DNA of 64,000 nt, taken from Methanocaldococcus sp. 16A. GTDB lineage: Archaea > AGJL01 > Methanococci > Methanococcales > Methanocaldococcaceae. The position numbers and the translations under genes were made by a program. Every line of letters starts with the position of its first letter. The first letter of the stretch is position 1. The DNA is taken from assembly GCA_049860595.1 (NCBI GenBank), contig CP187551.1. One strand, given 5' to 3'. The notes under the pieces are model-generated. The model did no database searches, was not told where the DNA came from, and saw only the letters and a program-made list of their open reading frames with translations. Shown in pieces: positions 26,970 through 39,087 of this stretch.

Positions 26970-27416
26970 ATGCCAGAGCATATTCTATCAGGAATAAAGG
27001 CAATAGTGGCAATGAAATTAAGGAGAAAGGGTCTTATTCAGAAAGAAATAGCAAAAATTATTAAGAGTGATAGGTCAATCGTCTCTCATTATCTCTCTGG
27101 AAGATATCCAAAGAAGAAAATTTTAAAAATAGCAAAAACTATTGAAGAGCTTCCTTCAGAATATGGAGCAAAAATAATTCATTCTTTAACTGATGACAAA
27201 GAACTTGCAAAGAGCTTAATAAAAGAATTATATGGAATAAAACTTTTATGGGATGAAAATTCATGCATAGCTTGTGGCTCTTGCTTGGTGTGTGTGGCAC
27301 TCACACTTGATGATTTCACCATCAATATAGATAACGATTCCTGCTGTCTATGTGCATCTTGTATATTCAGATGTCCTACGAACTCATTAAAATTTGTGAG
27401 GGAGAGTTATGATTGA
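26970..27416 (+). CDS. fwdH: FwdH: HTH plus ferredoxin-like domain
   Basis: First gene of the fwd operon; N-terminal HTH and two CxxCxxC motifs. Confidence 0.75.
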   Translation: MPEHILSGIKAIVAMKLRRKGLIQKEIAKIIKSDRSIVSHYLSGRYPKKKILKIAKTIEELPSEYGAKIIHSLTDDKELAKSLIKELYGIKLLWDENSCIACGSCLVCVALTLDDFTINIDNDSCCLCASCIFRCPTNSLKFVRESYD

Positions 27417-28476
27417 GCAAGTAAAAGAAGTTTATGAAAATGGATTTACCATATATAGAGATGGAGAAGTAGAAAAAAGAGAGCTGTTTTGGAATGATGA
27501 CTCCTGTGTAGGTTGTGGAATCTGTGCTGATATCTGTCCAGTAAGTGCTATAGCTATGGGTCCGTTAGGAGCTATAGCTAAGGGAGATATAATAGCACCA
27601 AAATTGGATATTGATAAAGATGTCTGCGTTTTATGTGGAATGTGTGCTTCAGCATGTCCATTTGATGCAATGGATTTAAAAATCAATGGAAAATCAATAA
27701 AAGAGGATGAAAGATATCCAAAAATTAAGAGGGATATTAAAGTTTACCAAGATAAGTGTGTTTTATGTGAGCAGTGTGAAATGGTTTGTCCTCAATCAGC
27801 AATAGAAGTTGAAAGAACATTAGCTGAGAGGAAGAAGTTTGTTATTGGTGAGATAAATATAAACAAAGAGAAGTGTGTTTTATGTGGAGTTTGTGCTGAA
27901 TACTGTCCAGCAGATGCTATTGATTTAAAATACAACTATCCATCTCCAACAAATCCAAAACCAATAACTGACATTGAAGTTGATAGAGATAAGTGTGTTT
28001 ACTGTAAAGTTTGTGAATTTGTTTGTCCACATGATGCCATTGAAGTTATTTGTTACAAGTGTCCAATGATGAAGAGAATTCCACAAGCAAAATTATATGA
28101 AGATATAAATGGAAAAACAGTTGTTGATAAAGATGCCTGTGTAACCTGTGGATGGTGCGCTTTCATCTGTCCTGCAGAGGCTATTGAAGTTGAGAAACCA
28201 TTCAAAGGAGAGGTTATAATTGATGTTGATGCATGTAACGCTTGTGGAGCTTGTGTTGCTATATGTCCATGTAGTGCTTTAGAATTCCCTAAACCAAAAG
28301 ATAAAGCTGAAAAAGTTCCAAGATTGGTTGTTAATCAAAACTTATGTGTTTTATGTGGAGCTTGTGCTAAATCATGTCCAGTTAATGCAATAAAAGTTAA
28401 AAGAACAGAAATTAACTTTGAAAGAGAACCAAAAGCAATAGCTTGGAAGAAAGCATTTGAAAAGTTAATGGGATAA
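27409..28476 (+). CDS. fwdF: Formylmethanofuran dehydrogenase polyferredoxin subunit F
   Basis: Eight CxxCxxCxxxCP motifs; operon context. Confidence 0.92.
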   Translation: MIEQVKEVYENGFTIYRDGEVEKRELFWNDDSCVGCGICADICPVSAIAMGPLGAIAKGDIIAPKLDIDKDVCVLCGMCASACPFDAMDLKINGKSIKEDERYPKIKRDIKVYQDKCVLCEQCEMVCPQSAIEVERTLAERKKFVIGEININKEKCVLCGVCAEYCPADAIDLKYNYPSPTNPKPITDIEVDRDKCVYCKVCEFVCPHDAIEVICYKCPMMKRIPQAKLYEDINGKTVVDKDACVTCGWCAFICPAEAIEVEKPFKGEVIIDVDACNACGACVAICPCSALEFPKPKDKAEKVPRLVVNQNLCVLCGACAKSCPVNAIKVKRTEINFEREPKAIAWKKAFEKLMG

Positions 28477-28513
28477 ATAAAAAATAATATAAAAATCATC
28501 GAAAGGTGAGGAA

Positions 28514-28762
28514 ATGAAAGCTTATGAGTTGGTTGTATATCCAGAAAGATGTCATGGTTGTGGAAACTGTGTTGTTTCTTGCCCAGTAAATGCAAAACAT
28601 CCAGAGACATGGGGAGGTAAAGGTCCTTACAGTGATGAAGTAGTTATTAGAGTTGAGAATGGAGTTGTTACTGTAGTAAATCAAGATTTATGTGGTGGAT
28701 GTGGAGCTTGTATAGAAGCATGTCCAGTAAATGCCATAGAGTTAGTTTTTAAAAGAAAATAA
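28514..28762 (+). CDS. fwdG: Formylmethanofuran dehydrogenase subunit G
   Basis: 2x[4Fe-4S] motifs and GGKGP. Confidence 0.9.
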   Translation: MKAYELVVYPERCHGCGNCVVSCPVNAKHPETWGGKGPYSDEVVIRVENGVVTVVNQDLCGGCGACIEACPVNAIELVFKRK

Positions 28763-28774
28763 TTTGGTGAGATA

Positions 28775-29176
28775 ATGAAATTTGTCTTAAACACTGGAAG
28801 AACTATCTGGCAAGGGGAGGCAATAGAAGCAGGAAAAAACCTTGATTTGTATGTTAGGGCTGCTGGAGTTATATATATTAATGAAGAAGATATGGAAAAA
28901 TTAGGGGTTAAGGAAGGAGATAATGTTAAAGTTAAGTCAGAGTATGGTGAAGTTGTAGTTAAGGTAAAAAAAGCTACTCAAAGAATGCCAGAAGGTATGG
29001 TTTTCATACCAATGGGCCCATGGGCTAATTGTGTAGTTAAGCCAGAAACTGAAAGCACAGGAATGCCAAGTTTTAAAGGATATCCTGGATTTTATGTAGA
29101 TGTTGAGAAAACAGATGAAGAAGTCTTAGATATGAGGACTTTAATGAGAAAGAAATACATAGAATCAGTAGAATAA
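28775..29176 (+). CDS. fwdD: Formylmethanofuran dehydrogenase subunit D
   Basis: LNTGRTIWQG, FIPMGPWAN and TGMPSFKG motifs. Confidence 0.93.
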   Translation: MKFVLNTGRTIWQGEAIEAGKNLDLYVRAAGVIYINEEDMEKLGVKEGDNVKVKSEYGEVVVKVKKATQRMPEGMVFIPMGPWANCVVKPETESTGMPSFKGYPGFYVDVEKTDEEVLDMRTLMRKKYIESVE

Positions 29177-29193
29177 ATCAGATTGGTGATAAA

Positions 29194-30897
29194 ATGGAAT
29201 ATATAATAAAAAATGGAATTGTTTATGACCCATTAAATGGAGTTAACGGAGAAAAAATGGATATTTGTGTTAAAGACGGTAAGATAGTTGAAAGTGTCTC
29301 TGATGATGCTAAAGTTATTGATGCTTCTGGATGCGTAGTTATGCCTGGTGGAATTGATTCCCACACCCACGTTGCTGGAGGTAAAGTTAACCTTGGTAGA
29401 ATGTTTAGACCAGAGGACAGTAAAAAAGAAATCTTTGCTAAGAAAGGATTGAGAAGTGGTACGGGTTTCTCAGTTCCATCAACATACAAAACAGGTTATC
29501 AATACTCAGAGATGGGATACACAACAGTTTTTGAAGCAGCAATGCCACCATTATTAGCAAGACACACACATGAAGAGTTTATGACAACTCCTCAAGTAGA
29601 TAAAGCAGTTTTAACCTTAATGGGTAACAACTGGTTTGTTTTTGAGTATATAAAAGAAGGAGACCTTAAAAAATGTGCTGCTTATGTGGCATGGCTTTTA
29701 AGAGCCACAAGAGGTTTTGCTATAAAGATTGTTAACCCAGGAGGAACAGAGGCTTGGGGTTGGGGTAAAAACGTCCATAGTATAGATGACCCAGTTCCTT
29801 ATTTCGATATAACTCCAAGAGAAATTGTTAGAGGGCTTTGTGAAGTTAATGAAATGCTTGGACTTCCTCACTCAATTCACGTTCACCCAAACAACTTAGG
29901 GCATCCAGGAAACTGGGAAACTACACTTGCAACAATGGAATGTGTTAAAGGTATAAAAGCAAAACCAAGATATGGAGAAAGAGAAACAGTATATTACAAC
30001 ACACATGTTCAGTTCCACTCATATGGAGGAACTTCATGGAAAGATTTTGAAAGTAAAGGAGTAGAGATTGCAGAATATGTAAATAAAAACGACCATGTAA
30101 TAATTGATGTTGGGCAGATTACATTAGATGAAACAACAACCATGACCGCTGATGGACCAATGGAGTATGACTTACACATGACTAATGGATTGAAATGGGC
30201 AAACTGTGATGTTGAGCTTGAAACAGGTTCAGGAGTAGTTCCATTCATCTACTCACCAAAAGGTCCTGTTTATGCTGTCCAGTGGGCTATTGGTTTAGAA
30301 CTCTTCCTATACACAAATACAGATAAAGTATTATTAACAACAGACCATCCAAACGCAGGACCATTTACAAGATACCCAAGAGTTATTGCATGGTTAATGA
30401 GCAAAAAATACAGAGATGAATGGTTATACAACAAGGTTCATAAGTGGGCTCAGCAGAGAAGCCAGGTAGCTGATAGTGATAAAGAATACGACTTGTTTGA
30501 GATAGCAAAAGTAACAAGAGCTAACCAAGCTAAGGTTTTAGGATTAAGTAAGGAGAGAGGACACTTAGGAGTTGGAGCTGATGCTGATATAGCAATTTAT
30601 GAAATAGACCCAGAAGAAAAAGATGGTAAGAAAATAGAGAAGGCATTTAGATATGCTAAGTATGTATTGAAAAGAGGAGAAGTAGTTGTAAAAAATGGAA
30701 ATGTAGTTAAAGAAGTCTTTGGAGATACAATATATGTTGATGTTAAGGTAGATGAGTCATTAGAACAAGAAATTATGAAAGACTTGAGAGAGAAATTCAC
30801 AAAATACTACTCAATTAACTTAGAAAGCTACCCAGTTTCAGATGAATATGCAAACAGTTGGAAAGTTATAAAGATAGATGCAACAGATATTAGTTAA
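29194..30897 (+). CDS. fwdA: Formylmethanofuran dehydrogenase subunit A
   Basis: Amidohydrolase DSHTH, KIVNPGG and TTDHPN motifs. Confidence 0.96.
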   Translation: MEYIIKNGIVYDPLNGVNGEKMDICVKDGKIVESVSDDAKVIDASGCVVMPGGIDSHTHVAGGKVNLGRMFRPEDSKKEIFAKKGLRSGTGFSVPSTYKTGYQYSEMGYTTVFEAAMPPLLARHTHEEFMTTPQVDKAVLTLMGNNWFVFEYIKEGDLKKCAAYVAWLLRATRGFAIKIVNPGGTEAWGWGKNVHSIDDPVPYFDITPREIVRGLCEVNEMLGLPHSIHVHPNNLGHPGNWETTLATMECVKGIKAKPRYGERETVYYNTHVQFHSYGGTSWKDFESKGVEIAEYVNKNDHVIIDVGQITLDETTTMTADGPMEYDLHMTNGLKWANCDVELETGSGVVPFIYSPKGPVYAVQWAIGLELFLYTNTDKVLLTTDHPNAGPFTRYPRVIAWLMSKKYRDEWLYNKVHKWAQQRSQVADSDKEYDLFEIAKVTRANQAKVLGLSKERGHLGVGADADIAIYEIDPEEKDGKKIEKAFRYAKYVLKRGEVVVKNGNVVKEVFGDTIYVDVKVDESLEQEIMKDLREKFTKYYSINLESYPVSDEYANSWKVIKIDATDIS

Positions 30898-30936
30898 GTT
30901 TTTTACTTTAAATTTAATTTTTTATACGTGATTTTG

Positions 30937-31206
30937 ATGATAACTTCTACAACTGACAACTTAGAAGGTTTTAAAATTATCAAGTATTTAGGCGTTGTAA
31001 TTGGTTATGGAGACGACCCAGATGATGCCTTAGAAGATTTAATAGATGTAGCTAAAGATATGGGAGCTAATGCAGTTATTGGTATAAGGATTTCTAATGA
31101 ATTAACAACTGAAATTATATCTGATGAAAATTATGCAGTTCCAGAATTAACTTACTATGCTTATGGAACAGCTGTTATAGTTGAGAAAATTGATGATAAA
31201 AAATAA
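30937..31206 (+). CDS. Compact YbjQ/UPF0145-like protein
   Basis: TTDNLEG..I..YLGVV.G, GANAVIG and AYGTAV motifs. Confidence 0.8.
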   Translation: MITSTTDNLEGFKIIKYLGVVIGYGDDPDDALEDLIDVAKDMGANAVIGIRISNELTTEIISDENYAVPELTYYAYGTAVIVEKIDDKK

Positions 31207-31222
31207 TAAAGCCGGTGATGGT

Positions 31223-32044
31223 ATGAAAGAGTTGATATTAACATTACAAAAAGAGATAATAGTTCCAGTAGAGATGGATAAAGTCTTGCCAGAAGTTATT
31301 GAGAACATGAGCTTAGAGGAAATAAAAAACATTGAGTTGGTTCAAGGAAGAAAGAGAATTAAAGTTGCTGACATTTTTGATGTTGAATTAAACGATATCG
31401 AAGGAGAGCCAAGAATTGTAATTAAAAACTCAAGTCCAAAATTAAAATATGTTGGTTCAAAGATGACAAAAGGAGAAATTATTGTTGAAGGAGATGTAGG
31501 AATGTATGTTGGGGCTGAAATGAAAGGAGGAAAGATAATTGTTAATGGAAATGCTGACAGCTGGGCTGGGCAGAATATGAAAGGAGGAGAGTTGTTAATT
31601 AAAGGAGATGCAGGGGACTATGTTGGTTCTTCTTATAGAGGGGATTGGAGAGGTATGAGTGGAGGAACAATCATTGTTGAAGGAAACGCTGGAAACGAGA
31701 TTGGAGAGTTTATGAGTAAAGGACTCATACATATAAAAGGAAACGCTGGAATGTTAGCTGGAATTCACCAAAACGGAGGAATAATCATTATTGATGGAGA
31801 TGTTGATGTAAGAGTTGGAGGGGAAATGAAGGCAGGAGCTATAGTTGTTTATGGAAAGGTTGAAGAGATTTTACCATCATTTAAGTTCGAAGGAATTGTT
31901 GAAAATCCAGTTATAAAATTAAGTAAAAAAGATGAAGGATTCCCAATAGAAGGAACATTCTATAAATTCACAGGAGATTATGTTTATAATAAACCAAAAG
32001 GGCAATTATATATATCAGTTGATAGTAACCCAGATTTAATTTAA
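31223..32044 (+). CDS. fwdC: Formylmethanofuran dehydrogenase subunit C
   Basis: GXGXG beta-helix repeats (GxxMxGGxIxVxG); YRGDWRGM; GGTGA RBS before ATG 31223. Confidence 0.95.
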   Translation: MKELILTLQKEIIVPVEMDKVLPEVIENMSLEEIKNIELVQGRKRIKVADIFDVELNDIEGEPRIVIKNSSPKLKYVGSKMTKGEIIVEGDVGMYVGAEMKGGKIIVNGNADSWAGQNMKGGELLIKGDAGDYVGSSYRGDWRGMSGGTIIVEGNAGNEIGEFMSKGLIHIKGNAGMLAGIHQNGGIIIIDGDVDVRVGGEMKAGAIVVYGKVEEILPSFKFEGIVENPVIKLSKKDEGFPIEGTFYKFTGDYVYNKPKGQLYISVDSNPDLI

Positions 32045-32110
32045 ATTTTTTAAAATTTTTCTCTTTTTTTTGTCAATAATAAATTAAAAAAGAGGATTAA
32101 TTATTCCATT

Positions 32111-33739
<1,629 letters not shown>

Positions 33740-33752
33740 CTAATTTAATGCT

Positions 33753-34877
33753 TTATAAACTACATGGATGAATAAAACCTCCTTTAATCATTAAATCAGC
33801 TAATGTTGTAGCAACCATCGCCTCAGCTACTGGAATAATTCTTGGAACTATAATTGGGTCATGCCTTCCAGAAATCTCAATTTCAGTGTTCTCTAAGGTT
33901 TTTAAATTTATAGTTTTTTGCATTTTACCAATTGAAGGTGTTGGTTTTATAGCTATTCTCAAAACTATTGGAGTTCCACAACTAATTCCTCCTAATATAC
34001 CTCCACAATTATTTGTCTTAAATCTTATATTTTTCTCATCGTCAAAATACATCTCATCGTTCATCTCACTTCCATACATCTCTGCAGATTCAAAACCCCT
34101 ACCAATTTCAACTCCTTTAACAGCATTTATACTCATTAATGCTCTTGCCAATTCACCATTTAACTTATTAAATATTGGATTTCCAACACCAACAGGAACA
34201 TTTAATGCAACAATTTCAACAACTCCTCCAACGCTATCTTTCTCTTTCATAGCTTTTAAAACATACTCTTCCATATCTCTTTCATTCATAGATGGACATC
34301 TTAGTGGATTACTTTCAATAAGCTCTATTAATCTCTCTAAGGATTTTTCATTCTCAAAAATGTTTGGATTTTTGTAATAGTTGAAATCTCCTTCAATCTT
34401 TCCAATTTTTATAGTGTAGCCAACAATTTTTATGTTGTAAGTGTATGATAGAAGTTTTTTAGCAACAGCCCCTCCAATAACATGTCCTATAGTTACTCTT
34501 CCACTAGCCCTCCCTCCTCCTCTATAATCATAATTTTTATATTTCAATCTATAGGTTAAATCTGCATGTCCTGGTCTTGGGGTATCTTTTATTGCTGAAT
34601 AATCTTTAGGTCTCATATTTTTATTATACACTATAGAGCAAATAGGAGCTCCAGTAGTTTTTCCTTCAAAAATTCCTGATAAGATTTCTACTTTATCTTC
34701 TTCTTTTCTTGGTGTTGAAAATATACTCTGCCCAGGTCTTCTTCTATCAAGTTCTTTTTGGATATCCTCTTCAGACAAAGGTAGATTTGCTGGACAACCA
34801 TCAACAACTGCTCCAACAGCTTTTCCATGACTTTCTCCAAAAACTGTAACTCTAAACATATCCCCATAGGTGTTCAT
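33753..34877 (-). CDS. aroC: Chorismate synthase
   Basis: FGESHG, RPGHAD, KPTPSI and GRHDP motifs. Confidence 0.96.
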   Translation of the reverse strand: MNTYGDMFRVTVFGESHGKAVGAVVDGCPANLPLSEEDIQKELDRRRPGQSIFSTPRKEEDKVEILSGIFEGKTTGAPICSIVYNKNMRPKDYSAIKDTPRPGHADLTYRLKYKNYDYRGGGRASGRVTIGHVIGGAVAKKLLSYTYNIKIVGYTIKIGKIEGDFNYYKNPNIFENEKSLERLIELIESNPLRCPSMNERDMEEYVLKAMKEKDSVGGVVEIVALNVPVGVGNPIFNKLNGELARALMSINAVKGVEIGRGFESAEMYGSEMNDEMYFDDEKNIRFKTNNCGGILGGISCGTPIVLRIAIKPTPSIGKMQKTINLKTLENTEIEISGRHDPIIVPRIIPVAEAMVATTLADLMIKGGFIHPCSL

Positions 34878-34968
34878 TAATGTCACCAAAAAATCAATTT
34901 TATGAAAAGAAAAGTTAGAATGGTTATTAAAATAAAAAAATAAAAATTAAATAAAGTTTTTGGACATT

Positions 34969-36261
34969 TTATCTATAAAGAACTTCTAAATGAGCTGGTT
35001 CTTCAACTTTAACTCTCTTTTTCTCCATAATCTTCTCAACAGCTTTTTTGAAATCTTCCATTGTTACGTAATCTCTAAGCTCTCTAATTGCATTCATCCC
35101 TGCCTCTGTGCAGATTGCCTTTAATTCAGCCCCTACACATCCCTCTGTCATCTTAGCTATTTCCTCTAAATTAACGTCCTCTGCTAAGTTCATCTTTCTT
35201 GTGTGAATTTTCAATATCTCCAATCTACCTTTTTCATCTGGAGCTGGGACTTCAATAATTCTGTCAAATCTTCCAGGTCTTAATATTGCAGGGTCTAATA
35301 TATCAGGCCTATTTGTAGCTCCAATAACTTTAACATCTCCTCTTGCATCAAATCCATCCATTTCAGCTAATAATTGCATTAATGTTCTCTGAACTTCTCT
35401 ATCTCCACCAGTTAAAGCCTCTGTTCTTTTTGCTGCAATTGCATCAATCTCATCTATAAATATAATTGATGGTGCTTTTTCTTTAGCTAATTTGAATATA
35501 TCCTTAACTAATGAAGCTCCTTCCCCAATAAACTTCTTAACTAATTCAGAACCAACAACTCTTATGAATGTTGCATTAGTTTCTGTAGCAACTGCTTTAG
35601 CTAACAAAGTTTTACCTGTCCCTGGAGGACCATAAAGCAATATTCCCTTTGGTGGTTCAATTCCTACTTTTTCAAATAATTCTGGATGCTTCAATGGAAG
35701 CTCAACGACTTCTCTAATCTCTTGTATCTGCTTATCTAATCCACCAATATCTTCATATCTAACATTTGGTCTCTCGTCAACTTCCATTGCTTTAGCCCTG
35801 TAATCTTTATTTTCTGGCAATACATCAACTACTGTCAATGTTTGCTGATTTAAACAGACTCTCTTTCCAGGGGATAAATCATCTGGATTTACAAAGTGAG
35901 AGACATTAACTAAGAAACTTGGACCTGTTGAGCTTTTAACAACAACCTTTCTCTCTCCTACTTTATCAACTACAGTCCCAACTATTAATGGCGGAACTCT
36001 CATTCTATCTAATTCTCTTCTTAAAATTTCATTTTCTTTCATTAGCTGTAAATTCTCTCTTTCAAGCTCTTTTTTCTCCAATTCTAATTTTAAAATTCTA
36101 CTCTCTAATTCCGCAATTCTTGCCTTTTCTTGAAGTTCTTCTTTGAGTAAATCATTATTACTCAAATTATCTTCATTAGCTTCTTTTTCTTCTTTAAATT
36201 CTTCAGTAAATGACTTCTTTTCTTTTTTTAATTCAGATGAAATAAATTCTTCAAAAACCAT
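34969..36261 (-). CDS. pan: Proteasome-activating nucleotidase
   Basis: N-terminal coiled coil, OB, AAA module and C-terminal HbYX (LYR). Confidence 0.96.
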   Translation of the reverse strand: MVFEEFISSELKKEKKSFTEEFKEEKEANEDNLSNNDLLKEELQEKARIAELESRILKLELEKKELERENLQLMKENEILRRELDRMRVPPLIVGTVVDKVGERKVVVKSSTGPSFLVNVSHFVNPDDLSPGKRVCLNQQTLTVVDVLPENKDYRAKAMEVDERPNVRYEDIGGLDKQIQEIREVVELPLKHPELFEKVGIEPPKGILLYGPPGTGKTLLAKAVATETNATFIRVVGSELVKKFIGEGASLVKDIFKLAKEKAPSIIFIDEIDAIAAKRTEALTGGDREVQRTLMQLLAEMDGFDARGDVKVIGATNRPDILDPAILRPGRFDRIIEVPAPDEKGRLEILKIHTRKMNLAEDVNLEEIAKMTEGCVGAELKAICTEAGMNAIRELRDYVTMEDFKKAVEKIMEKKRVKVEEPAHLEVLYR

Positions 36262-36377
36262 AATTATCACCGAGTAAATTTAAGTTGAGTGAATGGATTA
36301 TTATAATCATTTTATTTATTATGGATTATCATTTATATACCATATGGAATTATAATAAAAATTCTTATATTTAAATC

Positions 36378-37430
36378 TTATGTTTGATTGTATAATATTT
36401 CATATATTTCTCTAACACTCTCCGCACATTTTTTCCAAGAAAACTTTTTTGAAAATTCTTCCCCATTTTTTCCCAGGGTTTTTCTTAAATCTTCATTATT
36501 TATTAACTCTAAAATTTTTTCTTTTAATGATTTTGGATTATTTTTTTCAACTAATAATCCATTGTATCCATCAATAACCATCTCTTTTAATCCTCCAACT
36601 TTTGTAGCAATTACAGGTTTAGAGCAAGCCATAGCTTCAACAGCTACCATTCCAAAGCCTTCACTTCTTGAAGGAACTACTAAAAAGCTACATTTTCTCA
36701 TAAATGAGGCAGTATCATTAAAGCTTTTTTTTCCTAAGAGTTCAATATGATTTAGGTTATTTTTTATGACAAAGTTTTCTATTTTTTTATATAATATTCC
36801 ATCTCCTATAAGTTTAAAATTAAAATCAATATCTTTTATAGCTTCTATTAAAATATCAACTCCTTTTTGTGGAACAAAAGCTCCAACAAACAATCCAAAG
36901 TTGTAATCACCTTCATCATACAAAAGCTCTCTATCTATTCCATTGTATATAACAACCGCTTTATTTTTCAAATTTTCATATAGTTGATTTTTTATATATT
37001 TACTTACACAAATTATTTTATCAGAGTTTTTTACTGCGTATTTGAAAAAATATCTTCCTTTTGAAGAATTTTTTAATATTAAAGCATCACTACCATGCAA
37101 AGTTAAAATATGTGGAATATGAAATTTATTTTTTAATAAAGCTCCAACACATCCTTGTGGAAAGGCATAATGAGAATGGATTAAATCAATATCTTCTTTT
37201 TTAATAATATCTTTCCCTATTTTGTAGGCATTTATTAGATAACTAATCCCTCTAAATTTTTTTAAATGGGGAACATTATGAATAATTACATTTTTATATT
37301 CGTTTTCTTCATAATTATCATAAGTTAGTATATGAAACTCAACATCTTTTAAATGTCTAACTAAATTTTCTACATGTATTGTAATTCCTCCAACATGAGG
37401 ATAATATATAGTTGGCATTAAAACTTTCAT
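36378..37430 (-). CDS. GT4-family glycosyltransferase
   Basis: HSH, HGSD, KG and EGFGMVAVEAMA motifs. Confidence 0.9.
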   Translation of the reverse strand: MKVLMPTIYYPHVGGITIHVENLVRHLKDVEFHILTYDNYEENEYKNVIIHNVPHLKKFRGISYLINAYKIGKDIIKKEDIDLIHSHYAFPQGCVGALLKNKFHIPHILTLHGSDALILKNSSKGRYFFKYAVKNSDKIICVSKYIKNQLYENLKNKAVVIYNGIDRELLYDEGDYNFGLFVGAFVPQKGVDILIEAIKDIDFNFKLIGDGILYKKIENFVIKNNLNHIELLGKKSFNDTASFMRKCSFLVVPSRSEGFGMVAVEAMACSKPVIATKVGGLKEMVIDGYNGLLVEKNNPKSLKEKILELINNEDLRKTLGKNGEEFSKKFSWKKCAESVREIYEILYNQT

Positions 37431-37447
37431 TGTTATCACGTGGTAGT

Positions 37448-38449
37448 ATGAGATTTAATGAGTTTAGATTATTTAGGAAAGGAATTATTATTGGATTGTT
37501 AATAATGTTGTTATATATAATTTGGCCATTTATTGATGTTTTAGCTTATTCTATAGCATTTGCATATATGGCTTTGCCAATATACAGGTTATTAAGAAAA
37601 AAATTTAATAAAACTATTTCAGCAGGTTTGGCAATTAGCATATATATTCTCCCAATTATGATAATAACTACCTATGCTTTAATCGCACTTATGGAAATTG
37701 TATTCTCATTTAATACTAAATCCTTAGGGCAATATACAGAAGTAATTCTTACGCTATATAATACTTCTATCTTGAAGGGAGTAATTAATGAGCAAATTCT
37801 TACAAAATATATTGATGAATTCGTAAAATATTTAATTAATCAATTTTCTGGGAAGATCGTCGATGTGGGATATCTGATAATTAAAGTTATTATGATATTA
37901 TTCATAACATTCTACTTTTTAAAGGATGGTGATAAAGTTAAAAATCTAATAATATCATTTTCCCCTAATGAATATAAAGAAAAAATGGAAGTTTATTTGG
38001 GATATCTTCACGACTCATATAAAAATTTATTTATCAGCTGTGTTTCACTTTCTGTAATTATAGCAATTTTATCTTATATTGGGTATCTTATAGTTAGAGT
38101 CCCATACGCGGAGTTATTTGCACTCATAACTGGAATATTTGCTTTATTGCCTATATTAGGAGGATGGATGGTATATATCCCAATAGCCATATATTATTTC
38201 TTAACTCATGATTATACAAAAGCAATTTTCATATTTATTTATGGAGAAATTTTTTTATCCATAGCTCCAGATTTCGTAATAAGACCTTATTTAGTTAAAA
38301 AAGATGTGGATATTCATCCTGTTCTTGTTGTTATTGCATTCTTAATGGCTCCTCTCTCATTAGGATTTAGTGGGTTTGCTATAGGTCCATTAGTTGTTGG
38401 AGCATTAAATGCTTTTTATTTGGCAAAATATAGAGATGGGAAGATTTAG
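37448..38449 (+). CDS. AI-2E/PerM-family membrane transporter
   Basis: Multi-TM; FYFLKDG, LP.LG, IRP, IHP and GP motifs. Confidence 0.85.
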   Translation: MRFNEFRLFRKGIIIGLLIMLLYIIWPFIDVLAYSIAFAYMALPIYRLLRKKFNKTISAGLAISIYILPIMIITTYALIALMEIVFSFNTKSLGQYTEVILTLYNTSILKGVINEQILTKYIDEFVKYLINQFSGKIVDVGYLIIKVIMILFITFYFLKDGDKVKNLIISFSPNEYKEKMEVYLGYLHDSYKNLFISCVSLSVIIAILSYIGYLIVRVPYAELFALITGIFALLPILGGWMVYIPIAIYYFLTHDYTKAIFIFIYGEIFLSIAPDFVIRPYLVKKDVDIHPVLVVIAFLMAPLSLGFSGFAIGPLVVGALNAFYLAKYRDGKI

Positions 38450-38460
38450 AGTGGTAGAGT

Positions 38461-38916
38461 ATGGAAAAGAAAAAAAGAGTGGTTACTGCAGGAACATTTG
38501 ATATATTGCATCCAGGACATTATGAGACATTAAAATTTGCTAAGAGTTTAGGAGATGAGCTTATAGTTATTGTTGCAAGGGATGAAACAGTTAAAAAAAT
38601 AAAAGGTAGAAAACCAATAATTCCAGAAGAACAGAGGAGAGAAATGGTTGAAGCATTAAAACCTGTTGATAAAGCAGTATTGGGAAGTTTAAAAAATAAA
38701 TTAGAACCAATATTGAAATTAAAACCAGATGTTATTGTTCTTGGCCCTGACCAAACAACTTTTGATGAAGAAACTCTAAAAAAAGAACTTGCTAAATATA
38801 ATTTATATCCAGAGATTGTTAGATTTGAAGGCTATAAAAAGTGTCCATTTCACAGCTCTTTTGATATAGTGAAAGAAATAATTAGGAGATTTTGCAATAA
38901 AGAGATTAAACTCTAA
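38461..38916 (+). CDS. ribL: Archaeal FAD synthase (cytidylyltransferase family)
   Basis: [14 protein letters not shown] and conserved C-terminal cysteines. Confidence 0.88.
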   Translation: MEKKKRVVTAGTFDILHPGHYETLKFAKSLGDELIVIVARDETVKKIKGRKPIIPEEQRREMVEALKPVDKAVLGSLKNKLEPILKLKPDVIVLGPDQTTFDEETLKKELAKYNLYPEIVRFEGYKKCPFHSSFDIVKEIIRRFCNKEIKL

Positions 38917-39087
38917 TGCCCTTTTTTAATCTTTTATAATTAATTTCTTATCCTATCAGTGTTTTCTTATAAGGTAAATTATCTACAAAAAAATAAAAAA
39001 TTTTATATATTACTCATTCAAAATTTTCTCATGTTCATATAGTCAATCATAAAAATAAAAATTACTACATTAATTTAAGGTGATATT

